Source: an uncultured virus (IMG/VR IMGVR_UViG_3300028641_000003) (lineage: Duplodnaviria; Heunggongvirae; Uroviricota; Caudoviricetes). Taken from it: a stretch of DNA of 55,163 bases. Position 1 is the first letter of the stretch. Each line of letters opens with the position of its first letter. The stretch lies in the IMG/VR virus record IMGVR_UViG_3300028641_000003; one strand, 5' to 3'. The translations under genes and the position numbers were made by a program. Below, piece after piece: positions 26,722-34,848 of the stretch. The notes under the pieces are model-generated. The model was not told the origin of the DNA, made no database searches, and saw only the letters and a program-made list of their open reading frames with translations.

Positions 26722-26800
26722 TGGCACCCATGGTAGGAGTTGAACCTACATGTATCCAGTTAGCTTTCTCCTGCTTAGAAGGCAGGCGGCATACATGGGC
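26722..26800 (-). tRNA. D-arm-less tRNA-Arg(TCT)
   Basis: CCTGC-CTTCTAA-GCAGG; D-loop-like TGGATA in the variable region. Confidence 0.72.
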
Positions 26801-26811
26801 ATGAAGAAATC

Positions 26812-26875
26812 GGGGAGATTAGGAGTTACGGTGTTTTGTTTCATAAGGTGAAGTAACCGTAACAATGACTGCCCC
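26812..26875 (-). ncRNA. Minimal Y-like RNA
   Basis: GGGGCAGTCATTGTTACGGTTACTTC...AAACACCGTAAC...AATCTCCCC. Confidence 0.6.
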
Positions 26876-26883
26876 AAAGGATT

Positions 26884-27001
26884 GTGTTAGCATAGGGGGA
26901 TTCGAACCCAGGCAACATAAGTCGCCTGTTTTACCCGCATGACATTTTAGTGACCGCTATTTGCAGTCTGTCGGATCTACCGCTGAGCTACACGCTAACA
27001 C
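26884..27001 (-). ncRNA. Cys-like tRNA scaffold with insertion, no CCA
   Basis: TAGCTCAGCGGTAGA D loop, CTGCAAA, GGG-TTCGAAT-CCC. Confidence 0.45.
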
Positions 27002-27105
27002 GAAAAGGTGAGTCTCTAGTAGGCTGGCGAGAGGCTACGATGGTTAGTCGTATAAGCGACCTGAAAAAGTCGCTCCACGTTCACTACTAGGCACCCGAAT
27101 TAAAT

Positions 27106-27140
27106 TGGTGGACAGAATTACCTTTTACGATTAGCTGCCC
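27106..27140 (-). ncRNA. Free-standing Ala-type microhelix
   Basis: GGGCAG/CTGTCC-ACCA, G3:U70. Confidence 0.5.
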
Positions 27141-27190
27141 GATCCTAATCAACCATTGTTAGATGGGGAAATGGTATCGAATAACCCCTT

Positions 27191-27266
27191 TGGTGGACAC
27201 AAAGGGAGTCGAACCCTTCACAGATGCATTGCAAGTGCGTCTCGCCCCCACGGAACATGTGTGCCC
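27191..27266 (-). tRNA. tRNA-Ala(TGC)
   Basis: G3:U70, loop CT-TGC-AA. Confidence 0.85.
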
Positions 27267-27330
27267 AAAAATGGTGAAGCTGGTTTCTTTTTATGAGTGA
27301 AACACTTTGCCTCTAACAAAAGTTCTCGTA

Positions 27331-27406
27331 TGGTGGAATGATCCGGCTACGCTCCGGACGCCTCCTGCGTGCAAGGCAGGCGCTCTACTGAATGAGCTAT
27401 CACCCC
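27331..27406 (-). tRNA. tRNA-Ala(TGC)
   Basis: CCTGC-CTTGCAC-GCAGG, G3:U70. Confidence 0.88.
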
Positions 27407-27487
27407 ATGGAAAGCTATATGTTTCTTTTTGTTGACAGGGAAAGAAACTTGTAGAGTCGCTTAGCTTCTACTAGAAAGAACCCACGA

Positions 27488-27563
27488 TGGATGCGGTGGG
27501 CTGGACTTGCACCAGCGATTCCCGCCTTATGAGGGCGGTGAGATGCTACTTCTCTACCCCGCA
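27488..27563 (-). tRNA. tRNA-Met(CAT), initiator-like
   Basis: CCGCC-CTCATAA-GGCGG. Confidence 0.8.
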
Positions 27564-27595
27564 ATGCTGAAGGTTATTAGATACCTACAAACTTT

Positions 27596-27669
27596 TGGAA
27601 GCGCAGAAAGGAGTCGCACCTTTATCTATTGGTTATGAGCCAATTATGCTACTGTTACACCACCGCGCA
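27596..27669 (-). tRNA. tRNA-Met(CAT), initiator-like (1:72 mismatch)
   Basis: ATTGG-CTCATAA-CCAAT. Confidence 0.82.
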
Positions 27670-28418
27670 GTGTTAATACGAATTCTACCCTTTACAAATC
27701 CCATTTCTATATATTTGTTTATGTCATTTTTATTTATTCTAAAACATTCACCAGTTTGAAGATTCTTCACCCATATGAGTTGAGAATATATTTTACCATA
27801 TCTCTCTTTCATAGTGTTTGATAAGTTTTCTCTTGTTTCTTTCGATGACATTCTTTCTTTCATTTTTTGTGAAAGTAATGTCTTAGTTTCGTTACTTCCA
27901 CATTCACTCTCTTTTTTGTATCTTTCTTTTACTGATAATGAGATTTTGTTTCTTACCTCATCATTTATATATCTTTTCTTTGCTCTATCTGACATTTTCT
28001 TTCTCGTTTCATCTGATATAATTCTTGTCTTATTAGTATCTATCATTTTTTGTTTTGATTCTTTCGAGTAGGTTTTTGGTTTCTGACTTATTATGGAGAG
28101 CTTTCTTTTTGTCTCATCAGTGTGATTCTTTCCTCTAAACTTTGGTCCACCTTCGCCACCAACTGATATGTTATAAACATCTTTTCTTTTTATAAAATCT
28201 TCATTCACAATAAGTATTTCCATTTTATCCATTTGCTCTTCGTTGTCAAAAACATGGAGTATTTCTTTTGTAAAGTTACTTCTCCCATATTTCTTAACGG
28301 CAGCCTTTATATGATGTCCGGAACCTAAGTAATCATCGTTGATATTTTCGGTTTGGTGCTTCCCAATGTAAATCTTACCGTTTATCTTATTAGTTATCTT
28401 GTATATGGTATAAAACAT
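27633..28418 (-). CDS. GIY-YIG homing endonuclease, SegB-like with NUMOD3 repeats
   Basis: TIYKITNKINGKIYIGKH, YLGSG, YNI..GG, HTDETKRKLS; 3' end overlaps tRNA-Met; start re-called at AGGAG RBS. Confidence 0.9.
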   Translation of the reverse strand: MFYTIYKITNKINGKIYIGKHQTENINDDYLGSGHHIKAAVKKYGRSNFTKEILHVFDNEEQMDKMEILIVNEDFIKRKDVYNISVGGEGGPKFRGKNHTDETKRKLSIISQKPKTYSKESKQKMIDTNKTRIISDETRKKMSDRAKKRYINDEVRNKISLSVKERYKKESECGSNETKTLLSQKMKERMSSKETRENLSNTMKERYGKIYSQLIWVKNLQTGECFRINKNDINKYIEMGFVKGRIRINTARWCNSSIIGS

Positions 28419-28555
28419 AATACTCCTATTATACCAGTATTTATATTTCATAACCAAACGATTTACTGCTTCTCTATCAAAAATGGGAGCCAACCTAACG
28501 CAAGCTAGGGACACTTTTTACGGCTATCACAACTTACATACGACACAGATGAATC

Positions 28556-28626
28556 AGGGAGATTATTAGCTACGGTGTTTTTTTTTCGTTTTATGTAAAT
28601 GAAGTAACCGTAACAGTGACTGCCCT
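28556..28626 (-). ncRNA. Minimal Y-like RNA
   Basis: AGGGCAGTCACTGTTACGGTTACTTC...AAACACCGTAGC...AATCTCCCT. Confidence 0.6.
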
Positions 28627-28629
28627 AAA

Positions 28630-28705
28630 TGGTACACCCACAGGGAATCGAACCCTGATTAAGAGAATGAAAGTCTCCTGTACTGAGCCATTATACTATG
28701 GGTGC
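28630..28705 (-). tRNA. tRNA-Glu(TTC)
   Basis: GGAGA-CTTTCAT-TCTCT. Confidence 0.87.
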
Positions 28706-28861
28706 ATGTGAGTTACAGAGCCAAATGTAACTCTTATTATATTTACATGGTCGGGTTGGTCCTCCATGGGTCGCTGACAACAGAATTGCTGTGCGAGCCA
28801 ACTCTCCCTCTTGCGAGTTCTATGAGTTGCGCTATCTATTGCTTTGACCGTTCTATACAAC

Positions 28862-28937
28862 TGGTACTCCTTGAGAGACTTGCACTCTACTTTATACGCT
28901 TGAAAGGCGTGTTTCTTACTACATAGAAGAAAGGAGC
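28862..28937 (-). tRNA. tRNA-Glu(TTC)
   Basis: loop CT-TTC-AA. Confidence 0.8.
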
Positions 28938-28988
28938 ATGAACAGAGTTTTTCTTCCGCCAGGAAAAGGAAACTCCAAAACTTTGAGA

Positions 28989-29068
28989 TGGTCCGCGAGG
29001 CTGGATTCGAACCAGCTTGTATCCGTATAACCTTTCAACGATTTATAAGACCGAGGGTGTACTCGCGG
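28989..29068 (-). tRNA. D-arm-less tRNA-Ile(TAT)
   Basis: CGGT-CTTATAA-ATCG; CGGATA in the variable region. Confidence 0.72.
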
Positions 29069-29164
29069 GTAACTTTTCCTCGCATTTCTGCGTTAGGGTC
29101 TAATAGGTTATCAATACAAAGAGATGTAGCAGCGTTTATAGTGAGTTATGCTGCGATCACATTC

Positions 29165-29239
29165 TGGTGGGTCGCCACGGGGTCGATCCGTGTTCCATGG
29201 TTTAAAAGACCATTGCATCAGCCCTAATGCTTGCAACCC
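29165..29239 (-). tRNA. tRNA-Lys(TTT)
   Basis: ATGGT-CTTTTAA-ACCAT. Confidence 0.85.
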
Positions 29240-29336
29240 ATAATACAAACTACGCTATACACTTGTGAAGTCGCTGGCATTGCTGCCGTTGATGATACCA
29301 TCATACAGCCCCTTTCAGGAATGCAAGAGGTAATTT

Positions 29337-29422
29337 TGGTAGGGGTAGTCGGACTTGAACCGACACTCCGGTAAAGGAAGCGGATTTTAAATCCGATGCG
29401 GCTGCCATTACGCCATACCCCC
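29337..29422 (-). tRNA. tRNA-Leu(TAA)
   Basis: CGGA-TTTAAAA-TCCG, long arm. Confidence 0.88.
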
Positions 29423-29440
29423 ATTTTGTCAACAAGAAAT

Positions 29441-29517
29441 TGGTGGGTCCACTCGGTACTGCCCCGAGTCCCTCTGGTTAAGAGCCAGATGCTTACCACT
29501 TTTAGAGCTTTGGACCC
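29441..29517 (-). tRNA. tRNA-Lys(CTT)
   Basis: TCTGG-CTCTTAA-CCAGA. Confidence 0.87.
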
Positions 29518-29588
29518 ATGCCTCCTGTTTATTCCCACTCCTTCGAGTGGACTCACAATGATGTGAGAGGATCAAGAGATTCCTTTGA

Positions 29589-29718
29589 TGGTGTCGTGTG
29601 TAAGATTTTCACTTACCTTGATATCTTAATTGGATATCGTATTTGACTGCTTTTTCTCCTTTTCGTCCTTGGGGGGATCCTTCACCACCCCAGGTCAGAG
29701 AAATAATACGAACACGAC
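29589..29718 (-). ncRNA. tRNA scaffold with large D-arm insertion
   Basis: GTCGTGT/ACACGAC-ACCA, GTAAG/CTTAC T stem. Confidence 0.55.
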
Positions 29719-29719
29719 T

Positions 29720-29794
29720 TGGTAGGCGAGGTAGGTGCTGCCCCTACTACTTCCTGCATGTAAAGCAGGCACTCTGCTGTTGAGTTACGCGCCC
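29720..29794 (-). tRNA. tRNA-Val(TAC)
   Basis: CCTGC-TTTACAT-GCAGG. Confidence 0.87.
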
Positions 29795-29851
29795 ATGTGT
29801 TGGGTTTTTCACTCTTGTGGAGTATAGAAAAACCGTAACAAAACTATTTTT

Positions 29852-29925
29852 TGGCTGCCCCAAAGGGAATCGAACCCCTATGATCTGATTAACAGTCAGA
29901 CATAATACCATTATATGACAGGGCA
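29852..29925 (-). tRNA. tRNA-Asn(GTT)
   Basis: TCTGA-CTGTTAA-TCAGA, G73. Confidence 0.9.
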
Positions 29926-29929
29926 ATGC

Positions 29930-30049
29930 TGGTGGAGTTGATGGGATTCAAACCCATATTTGTCAAATGCCATTTAAGGCGTAAAGATGACTGTCTTTGT
30001 CCTGTTATGTGATGTTGCAACATCCATAAACATTAGACGACTTAACCCC
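29930..30049 (-). ncRNA. Ala-acceptor tRNA-like RNA without a normal anticodon arm
   Basis: GGGGTT/AACTCC-ACCA (G3:U70), T arm ATGGG/CCCAT. Confidence 0.55.
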
Positions 30050-30053
30050 ATAT

Positions 30054-30141
30054 TGGTGGGACCGGTAGGAGTCTCACCTACGGAGCCAATTAAGGCATCG
30101 GTTTTACAGACCGCGCTCGCCATCTACGAGCATACGTTCCC
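30054..30141 (-). tRNA. tRNA-Tyr(GTA)
   Basis: CGGT-CTGTAAA-ACCG, long arm, A73. Confidence 0.85.
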
Positions 30142-30316
30142 ATGAATCAAACTACGTTTATATACTTGTAAAGTCATCAGTCAATCCTATGAGAGTTTTA
30201 ATGTCGCCTGCCGTGTCTTTAGCACGGAGTCTTATGGCTTGCTCTCAGCGGCTTGATGGGTATATCCTAACAGGTATTTTAGGAATGCAAGAAGTATTTT
30301 TTTGAATTCCTGTAAG

Positions 30317-30391
30317 TGGTACTCGTACAGAGACTTGCACTCTGTTTATCCGATTGAGAATCGGGGTTCTTACTACATAGAAGATACGAGC
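30317..30391 (-). tRNA. tRNA-Glu(CTC)
   Basis: loop TT-CTC-AA; paralog of 28862-28937. Confidence 0.82.
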
Positions 30392-30396
30392 ATTAG

Positions 30397-30474
30397 AGCC
30401 TCTGACGGGGATTAGGCACCCCGCTTCCTCCGGTTTACAGTCCGGTGCTTTAAACTAATATAAGCTACAGAAGC
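30397..30474 (-). tRNA. Degenerate tRNA (8-nt loop ACTGTAAA; Tyr/Thr ambiguous)
   Basis: Cloverleaf present, no CCA. Confidence 0.5.
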
Positions 30475-30555
30475 ATGGCTCCGAATTTGTTATTACGCTG
30501 AGTCTATCGGAATACTCTCAGATGCCGCTGTGTTAGAGAGGGGCGGCTCCCCTTA

Positions 30556-30633
30556 TGGTGCGGTAAACAGGACTTGAACCTGCAACATCCACTATGGCAA
30601 AGTGGCGCTCTAATCCAATTGAGCTATTACCGC
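30556..30633 (-). tRNA. tRNA-Gly(GCC)
   Basis: CCACT-TTGCCAT-AGTGG. Confidence 0.88.
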
Positions 30634-30677
30634 ATACTACAAACTACGCTATAGAATTGTGAAAGACATCCGAAACG

Positions 30678-30706
30678 AAAAAAGCCTCTGGTTTGACCAG
30701 AGGCTT
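30678..30706 (-). terminator. Attenuator terminator of tRNA block 1
   Basis: AAGCCTCTGG-TCAAA-CCAGAGGCTT-TTTT. Confidence 0.88.
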
Positions 30707-30734
30707 GTGTATCTCATGAAGAGATAGACAGCCT

Positions 30735-30800
30735 CTAGGAACCCACGCCTTCTGCGTTGGCTCTTTTATATCCTATCTTATTTGTTAAGCAAGTGGTCAT
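30735..30800 (-). CDS. Leader peptide 1 MTTCLTNKIGYKRANAEGVGS
   Basis: TAGGA RBS, late promoter 30844-30851; 21 codons all different; AGAGGCT at the stop pairs with the terminator arm. Confidence 0.78.
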   Translation of the reverse strand: MTTCLTNKIGYKRANAEGVGS

Positions 30801-30835
30801 TGAAGGCGTGTTCCTAAGTGTGTGATACAGGGTTG

Positions 30836-31570
30836 CTATAAAGTATTTATATGGGATATTGTATCACACTTTAAATTTTTTCCTAAACATATTTTAAAGT
30901 AGCTTTCCGATACCTCATAGCCAACATACTCTCTGCCAAGTTTCTCACAGGATTCTGCGACTGTTCCTATGCCCATGAAAGGATCTAGGACAGTATCACC
31001 AGCATCAGTTGATAATTTAATACAGATTTCTGGTAACAATGGATGGAAGGGTGCTGGATGGTCCTTCTGCTTCTTCGGAGGCATGACCCAAACCTCTGAC
31101 CGAAATTCTTTGGGTAGTCTGCTTTTGTATACCTTTGGCTTGCCCTTAGCTAACCAGAATATATATTCAGTGGTTGGAGTCAAAACATCATTCCGTATAT
31201 TAGGAGAGTTTCTTCTGTCAATAATTATAAGCTGATAGAGATTCCACTTTGTCTTGCTCACGATATCGTAGGGGTTGTAGCACTTGTTGCTCTTTCGACG
31301 CATCTTGTGGTTGTAAAACAAAGATCCATCGTCTTTAGTTTTTTCAAATATCTTATCAAGAATCTTTACTTGCCACTCTTGGTATTCACTCTCTGGCATG
31401 TCATCGCCATATACATCATAGTCGATGTTGTGCTTTGACCATATCTGGTTTCCAGTTTTTACCTTCCCCAGCAATCCCTTCTTGTTATAGGGCGGGGAGG
31501 TAATTGTAGTCTGGATGCTATTGTCTGATAGGCTTGAAATACCTTCAAGACAATCCATGTTATAAATCAT
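30836..31570 (-). CDS. DNA methyltransferase (N4-C/N6-A, beta class)
   Basis: TSPPY, HPAPF, VLDPFMGIGT. Confidence 0.9.
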   Translation of the reverse strand: MIYNMDCLEGISSLSDNSIQTTITSPPYNKKGLLGKVKTGNQIWSKHNIDYDVYGDDMPESEYQEWQVKILDKIFEKTKDDGSLFYNHKMRRKSNKCYNPYDIVSKTKWNLYQLIIIDRRNSPNIRNDVLTPTTEYIFWLAKGKPKVYKSRLPKEFRSEVWVMPPKKQKDHPAPFHPLLPEICIKLSTDAGDTVLDPFMGIGTVAESCEKLGREYVGYEVSESYFKICLGKNLKCDTISHINTL

Positions 31571-31606
31571 TAATGTATTCTATGACTTATTTTTTGGAAG
31601 TCAACA

Positions 31607-34087
31607 TTAGCATTTTGAGTAGCCACATGCCTTACAAGTCTGACATCCTTCCATACGGATGATGTCCTTGCTACCGCAGCTTGGACATGTTTCTCCGCTT
31701 ACCTTTACTCCATTTTTAATATACTTCTTCAGGACTCGGCACATGACCTTGGTGAAGGATGCTATATTGTCGGTACGGACCTTTTCAAGTTGATGAACAA
31801 GATGCTCAAGAGGCGTTCCATGTCTCAACGAAATAGATACAAGACGGGTTACAAGCTCTTCTTCCTCTGTCTGGTCCTTCATGATGTTCTTGATAGTGAA
31901 CCCATCATCAAATTCAACGTCATAGTGACCTTTTGCTTTCTTGACAAGCTTTCCATTGACATACTTCTTGTCAATGGTTCCGTTTTCGAAAACGAATAGT
32001 TCGTATGGCTCTCCACCTTCGAACAGACCAACGACCGCACAGTATTCTATTGAGCGAACCTTGTCAAGTTTCTTGCTGAGCTTCACATGGTGTACTTCGC
32101 ACTTGAGAGAAGTGGGACGCTTTGGGGCTGTTGTTTTAGTGATGGTAATAGCGTCTCTTCCGGATTTTTCCTTTGTTTCCTTTGGTTTATCGTCAACGAG
32201 AACACCAGTACGACAGCCATCACGATAGATGGTAAAGCCCTTGCAGCCGCTTTCCCATGCCTTCATGTAAATCTCGGATACAAGTTCCTTGGTAGCAGAG
32301 TTTGGTAGGTTACAGGTCTTGCTGATAGAGTGACTTACCCACTTCTGTGCTGCTGCCTGAAGATCCACGGAAGCGACCCAATCAATCTCGTTTGAGGTTG
32401 CTTTGAAGTATGGGGAGTCTTCTATTTTTTCTTTTCCGGTTACTTCCATCCACTTGCGGAAGCCGTGGTGATAAACAGGAAACTCTTGCCACTTGTCACC
32501 CATGTCATCAACAAAATCAACTTTAGCAGATTTATCGTTTGGATTTATTTTCTTACGACGAGTGTACTTAAGAAGGAACGAAGGTTCGATTCCAGAGGTA
32601 GTCTGTGTCATGGTAGAAACAGATCCAACTGGAGCCGTGGTAGTGGTCGATATGTTTCTACGACCATGCTTCTTGTAAAGGGTCTTGAGTTCGGGGTCAG
32701 ATTCCAATAGCCTCTCTATAAATGGATGACCCCTCTCAAGCTTAGCGTCGAATATCGGGAATGTTCCACGATCACGCGCCATCATACACGATGCCTTCTC
32801 GGAGTTGATGGCAAGTGCCTTGTATATTTCTTCAGTTTTCTTGATGGATTCTTTGGAGCCATAGCGAATATTTAAGGCGGCGAGGGCGTCACCAAGGGCA
32901 GTGATGCCAAGCCCTGTTCTACGACCATTGATGCATGCATTCTTGATGTTATTCCAGAGGTCAATTTCTATCTTCTTAACATTCTCTGGCTCAATATCGG
33001 CATGTATCTTCTTTAGAATCTTATCTATCTGCTCAAGCTCAATATCAATCATATCGTCCATAAGCCGCTGGGCTACTTGAGTAACTTCCGCGAACTTGAC
33101 GAAATCAAACTCTGCTTTGTCAGTAAACGCATCATTGACAAACGAATTCAGATTGACAACCATAAGTCTGCAACTGTCGTATGGAGAAAGAGTTATCTCA
33201 CCACATGGATTTGTTGAAGTGGATTTATATGATTCGTATATATCTGCTGGACCGTTATTTACGACATTATCCCAGAAAAGGATTCCAGGCTCAGCGGATT
33301 CCCAAGCAGCCTGAATAATCTCGCTCCAGATTTCTCTTGCATTTACCATTTCACTAATAGATGGCGTCTTGCTATCTACAGGAAAGCGCAACTCAACTTG
33401 TTTGTCCTGCTTGACTGCCTTCATGAACTCGTCAGTCATACGGATTGAAATGTTAGCACCAGTTACCTTCTTTTTGTCGCGCTTGATGTTGATGAAAGTT
33501 CTTATCTCGGGATGGTGACATGATATAGATAACATTAGAGCGCCTCTGCGCCCGTTCTGTGCAACTTCGCGACATGTATTCGAAAATCTTTCCATGAACA
33601 CGCCGATACCGTCAGTGGTACGAGCAGCGTTCTTGGTTGATAGTCCCTTTGGACGAATATTGGATATATCGAATCCAACTCCACCACGACGCTTCATAAC
33701 TTGAGCCTGCTCTTGGTCTGTATGTAATATACCACCATACGAGTCAAGCGGCGAAGGAATCACGAAGCAGTTTGATGCAGACTGAATCTGATACGGATTT
33801 CCTATGGCTGACATAGGAGAACCCTGTGGAACTATATACTTGAAATTCTTGAAGTAAGAATATATCTCATCTTCTGACAATGGGTTTGGATACTTCTTTT
33901 CAATTCTGGCAAATTCTTTTGCTATTCTTCTGTGGGCTTGGTCGGGGGAACTTTCGAGTAGTTCATGTTTTTCGTTTCTGAGCGCATACTTTCCTACGAA
34001 TACTGAGGCTGCTAGTTCGTCACCATTGAAATATTCTACTGACTCCTTAGTTGCTTCTTCGTGGGTGTAAATTCTCTTATTTGTCAT
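31607..34087 (-). CDS. nrdJ: Class II (B12-dependent) ribonucleotide reductase
   Basis: SNCFV, GGVG, GRRGA, TNPCGE, TTAPVGS, ISKTCN, TIYRDG, C-terminal CPSC..EGC..C..CGYSKC. Confidence 0.92.
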   Translation of the reverse strand: MTNKRIYTHEEATKESVEYFNGDELAASVFVGKYALRNEKHELLESSPDQAHRRIAKEFARIEKKYPNPLSEDEIYSYFKNFKYIVPQGSPMSAIGNPYQIQSASNCFVIPSPLDSYGGILHTDQEQAQVMKRRGGVGFDISNIRPKGLSTKNAARTTDGIGVFMERFSNTCREVAQNGRRGALMLSISCHHPEIRTFINIKRDKKKVTGANISIRMTDEFMKAVKQDKQVELRFPVDSKTPSISEMVNAREIWSEIIQAAWESAEPGILFWDNVVNNGPADIYESYKSTSTNPCGEITLSPYDSCRLMVVNLNSFVNDAFTDKAEFDFVKFAEVTQVAQRLMDDMIDIELEQIDKILKKIHADIEPENVKKIEIDLWNNIKNACINGRRTGLGITALGDALAALNIRYGSKESIKKTEEIYKALAINSEKASCMMARDRGTFPIFDAKLERGHPFIERLLESDPELKTLYKKHGRRNISTTTTAPVGSVSTMTQTTSGIEPSFLLKYTRRKKINPNDKSAKVDFVDDMGDKWQEFPVYHHGFRKWMEVTGKEKIEDSPYFKATSNEIDWVASVDLQAAAQKWVSHSISKTCNLPNSATKELVSEIYMKAWESGCKGFTIYRDGCRTGVLVDDKPKETKEKSGRDAITITKTTAPKRPTSLKCEVHHVKLSKKLDKVRSIEYCAVVGLFEGGEPYELFVFENGTIDKKYVNGKLVKKAKGHYDVEFDDGFTIKNIMKDQTEEEELVTRLVSISLRHGTPLEHLVHQLEKVRTDNIASFTKVMCRVLKKYIKNGVKVSGETCPSCGSKDIIRMEGCQTCKACGYSKC

Positions 34088-34169
34088 CGTTGTCTCCAGA
34101 TTTTATTTTAGTGGGTTATTGTATTTATCAATACCCAATCATGTCATTTTTGATAAAAATATTATACTC

Positions 34170-34766
34170 TTACACAGATAAATAATCATTCTTTTTTTGA
34201 AACACTAAGAAATATGAATGATATTTTCTTGCGTGTTTTTGTTTAGTTGTATTATGTGTAGTCATTCTGTGTTTTGCAGTTAAGATAAATAGATCAACGT
34301 TCTCAAATCCATATTTCTCAGCCATGTTACAAATAAAAACATGTGACAAATGATTGCGACCACCTGAGACTATATCCTGACACTTGACGATTAAATGTCC
34401 TTTCTTACTGATGACGCGATTGAATTCTTTAAGCGAGTCATCATAGAACTGCCATAGTTCTTTCATCGTCTTGTATGACGAGAAACGATTACCTATAACA
34501 GACTCCTTACCGTGTGCAACAATGAATGGTGGGTCATACATCATCGACTTTACAATACCATTAGTTATCGGAAGTTTCCTGCAATCGGCTTGAATAACAT
34601 CGGGTCTATTGGTTGGTGGACAGATGTCGAACTTTAGGGTTGGCTCATCCAATCCCTTCCAAAACGCGCCCTTCGAGAATGTAACATCACACTGGATGTT
34701 GCCAGTATAGAGGGTTTGTATATTCTTGATAATTTCAAGCTGAGAGTCTGATATTGACTTAATCAT
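34170..34766 (-). CDS. DNA adenine methyltransferase
   Basis: DVTFSKG, YDPPF, LIVKCQD, HARKYHSYF. Confidence 0.8.
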   Translation of the reverse strand: MIKSISDSQLEIIKNIQTLYTGNIQCDVTFSKGAFWKGLDEPTLKFDICPPTNRPDVIQADCRKLPITNGIVKSMMYDPPFIVAHGKESVIGNRFSSYKTMKELWQFYDDSLKEFNRVISKKGHLIVKCQDIVSGGRNHLSHVFICNMAEKYGFENVDLFILTAKHRMTTHNTTKQKHARKYHSYFLVFQKKNDYLSV

Positions 34767-34848
34767 TATTTTTCCTAGTTTATATGGACTTGTTGGGTGC
34801 TTCTTGGTTTTATCTTACTGTCATCTCTATATGAATCAATATTTTATA

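Noticed and set aside
22364..28514. Longer ORF-track starts for KTSC (22427), Pth2 (23918) and GIY-YIG (28514)
   Set aside because: Extensions overlap tRNAs, neighbouring genes or promoters; downstream ATGs have the RBS or promoter
14333..30640. Many 60-185-aa ORFs over the RNA array (e.g. 20257-20706, 25261-25818, 29224-29556)
   Set aside because: They overlap tRNA or ncRNA genes and lack RBSs and protein motifs
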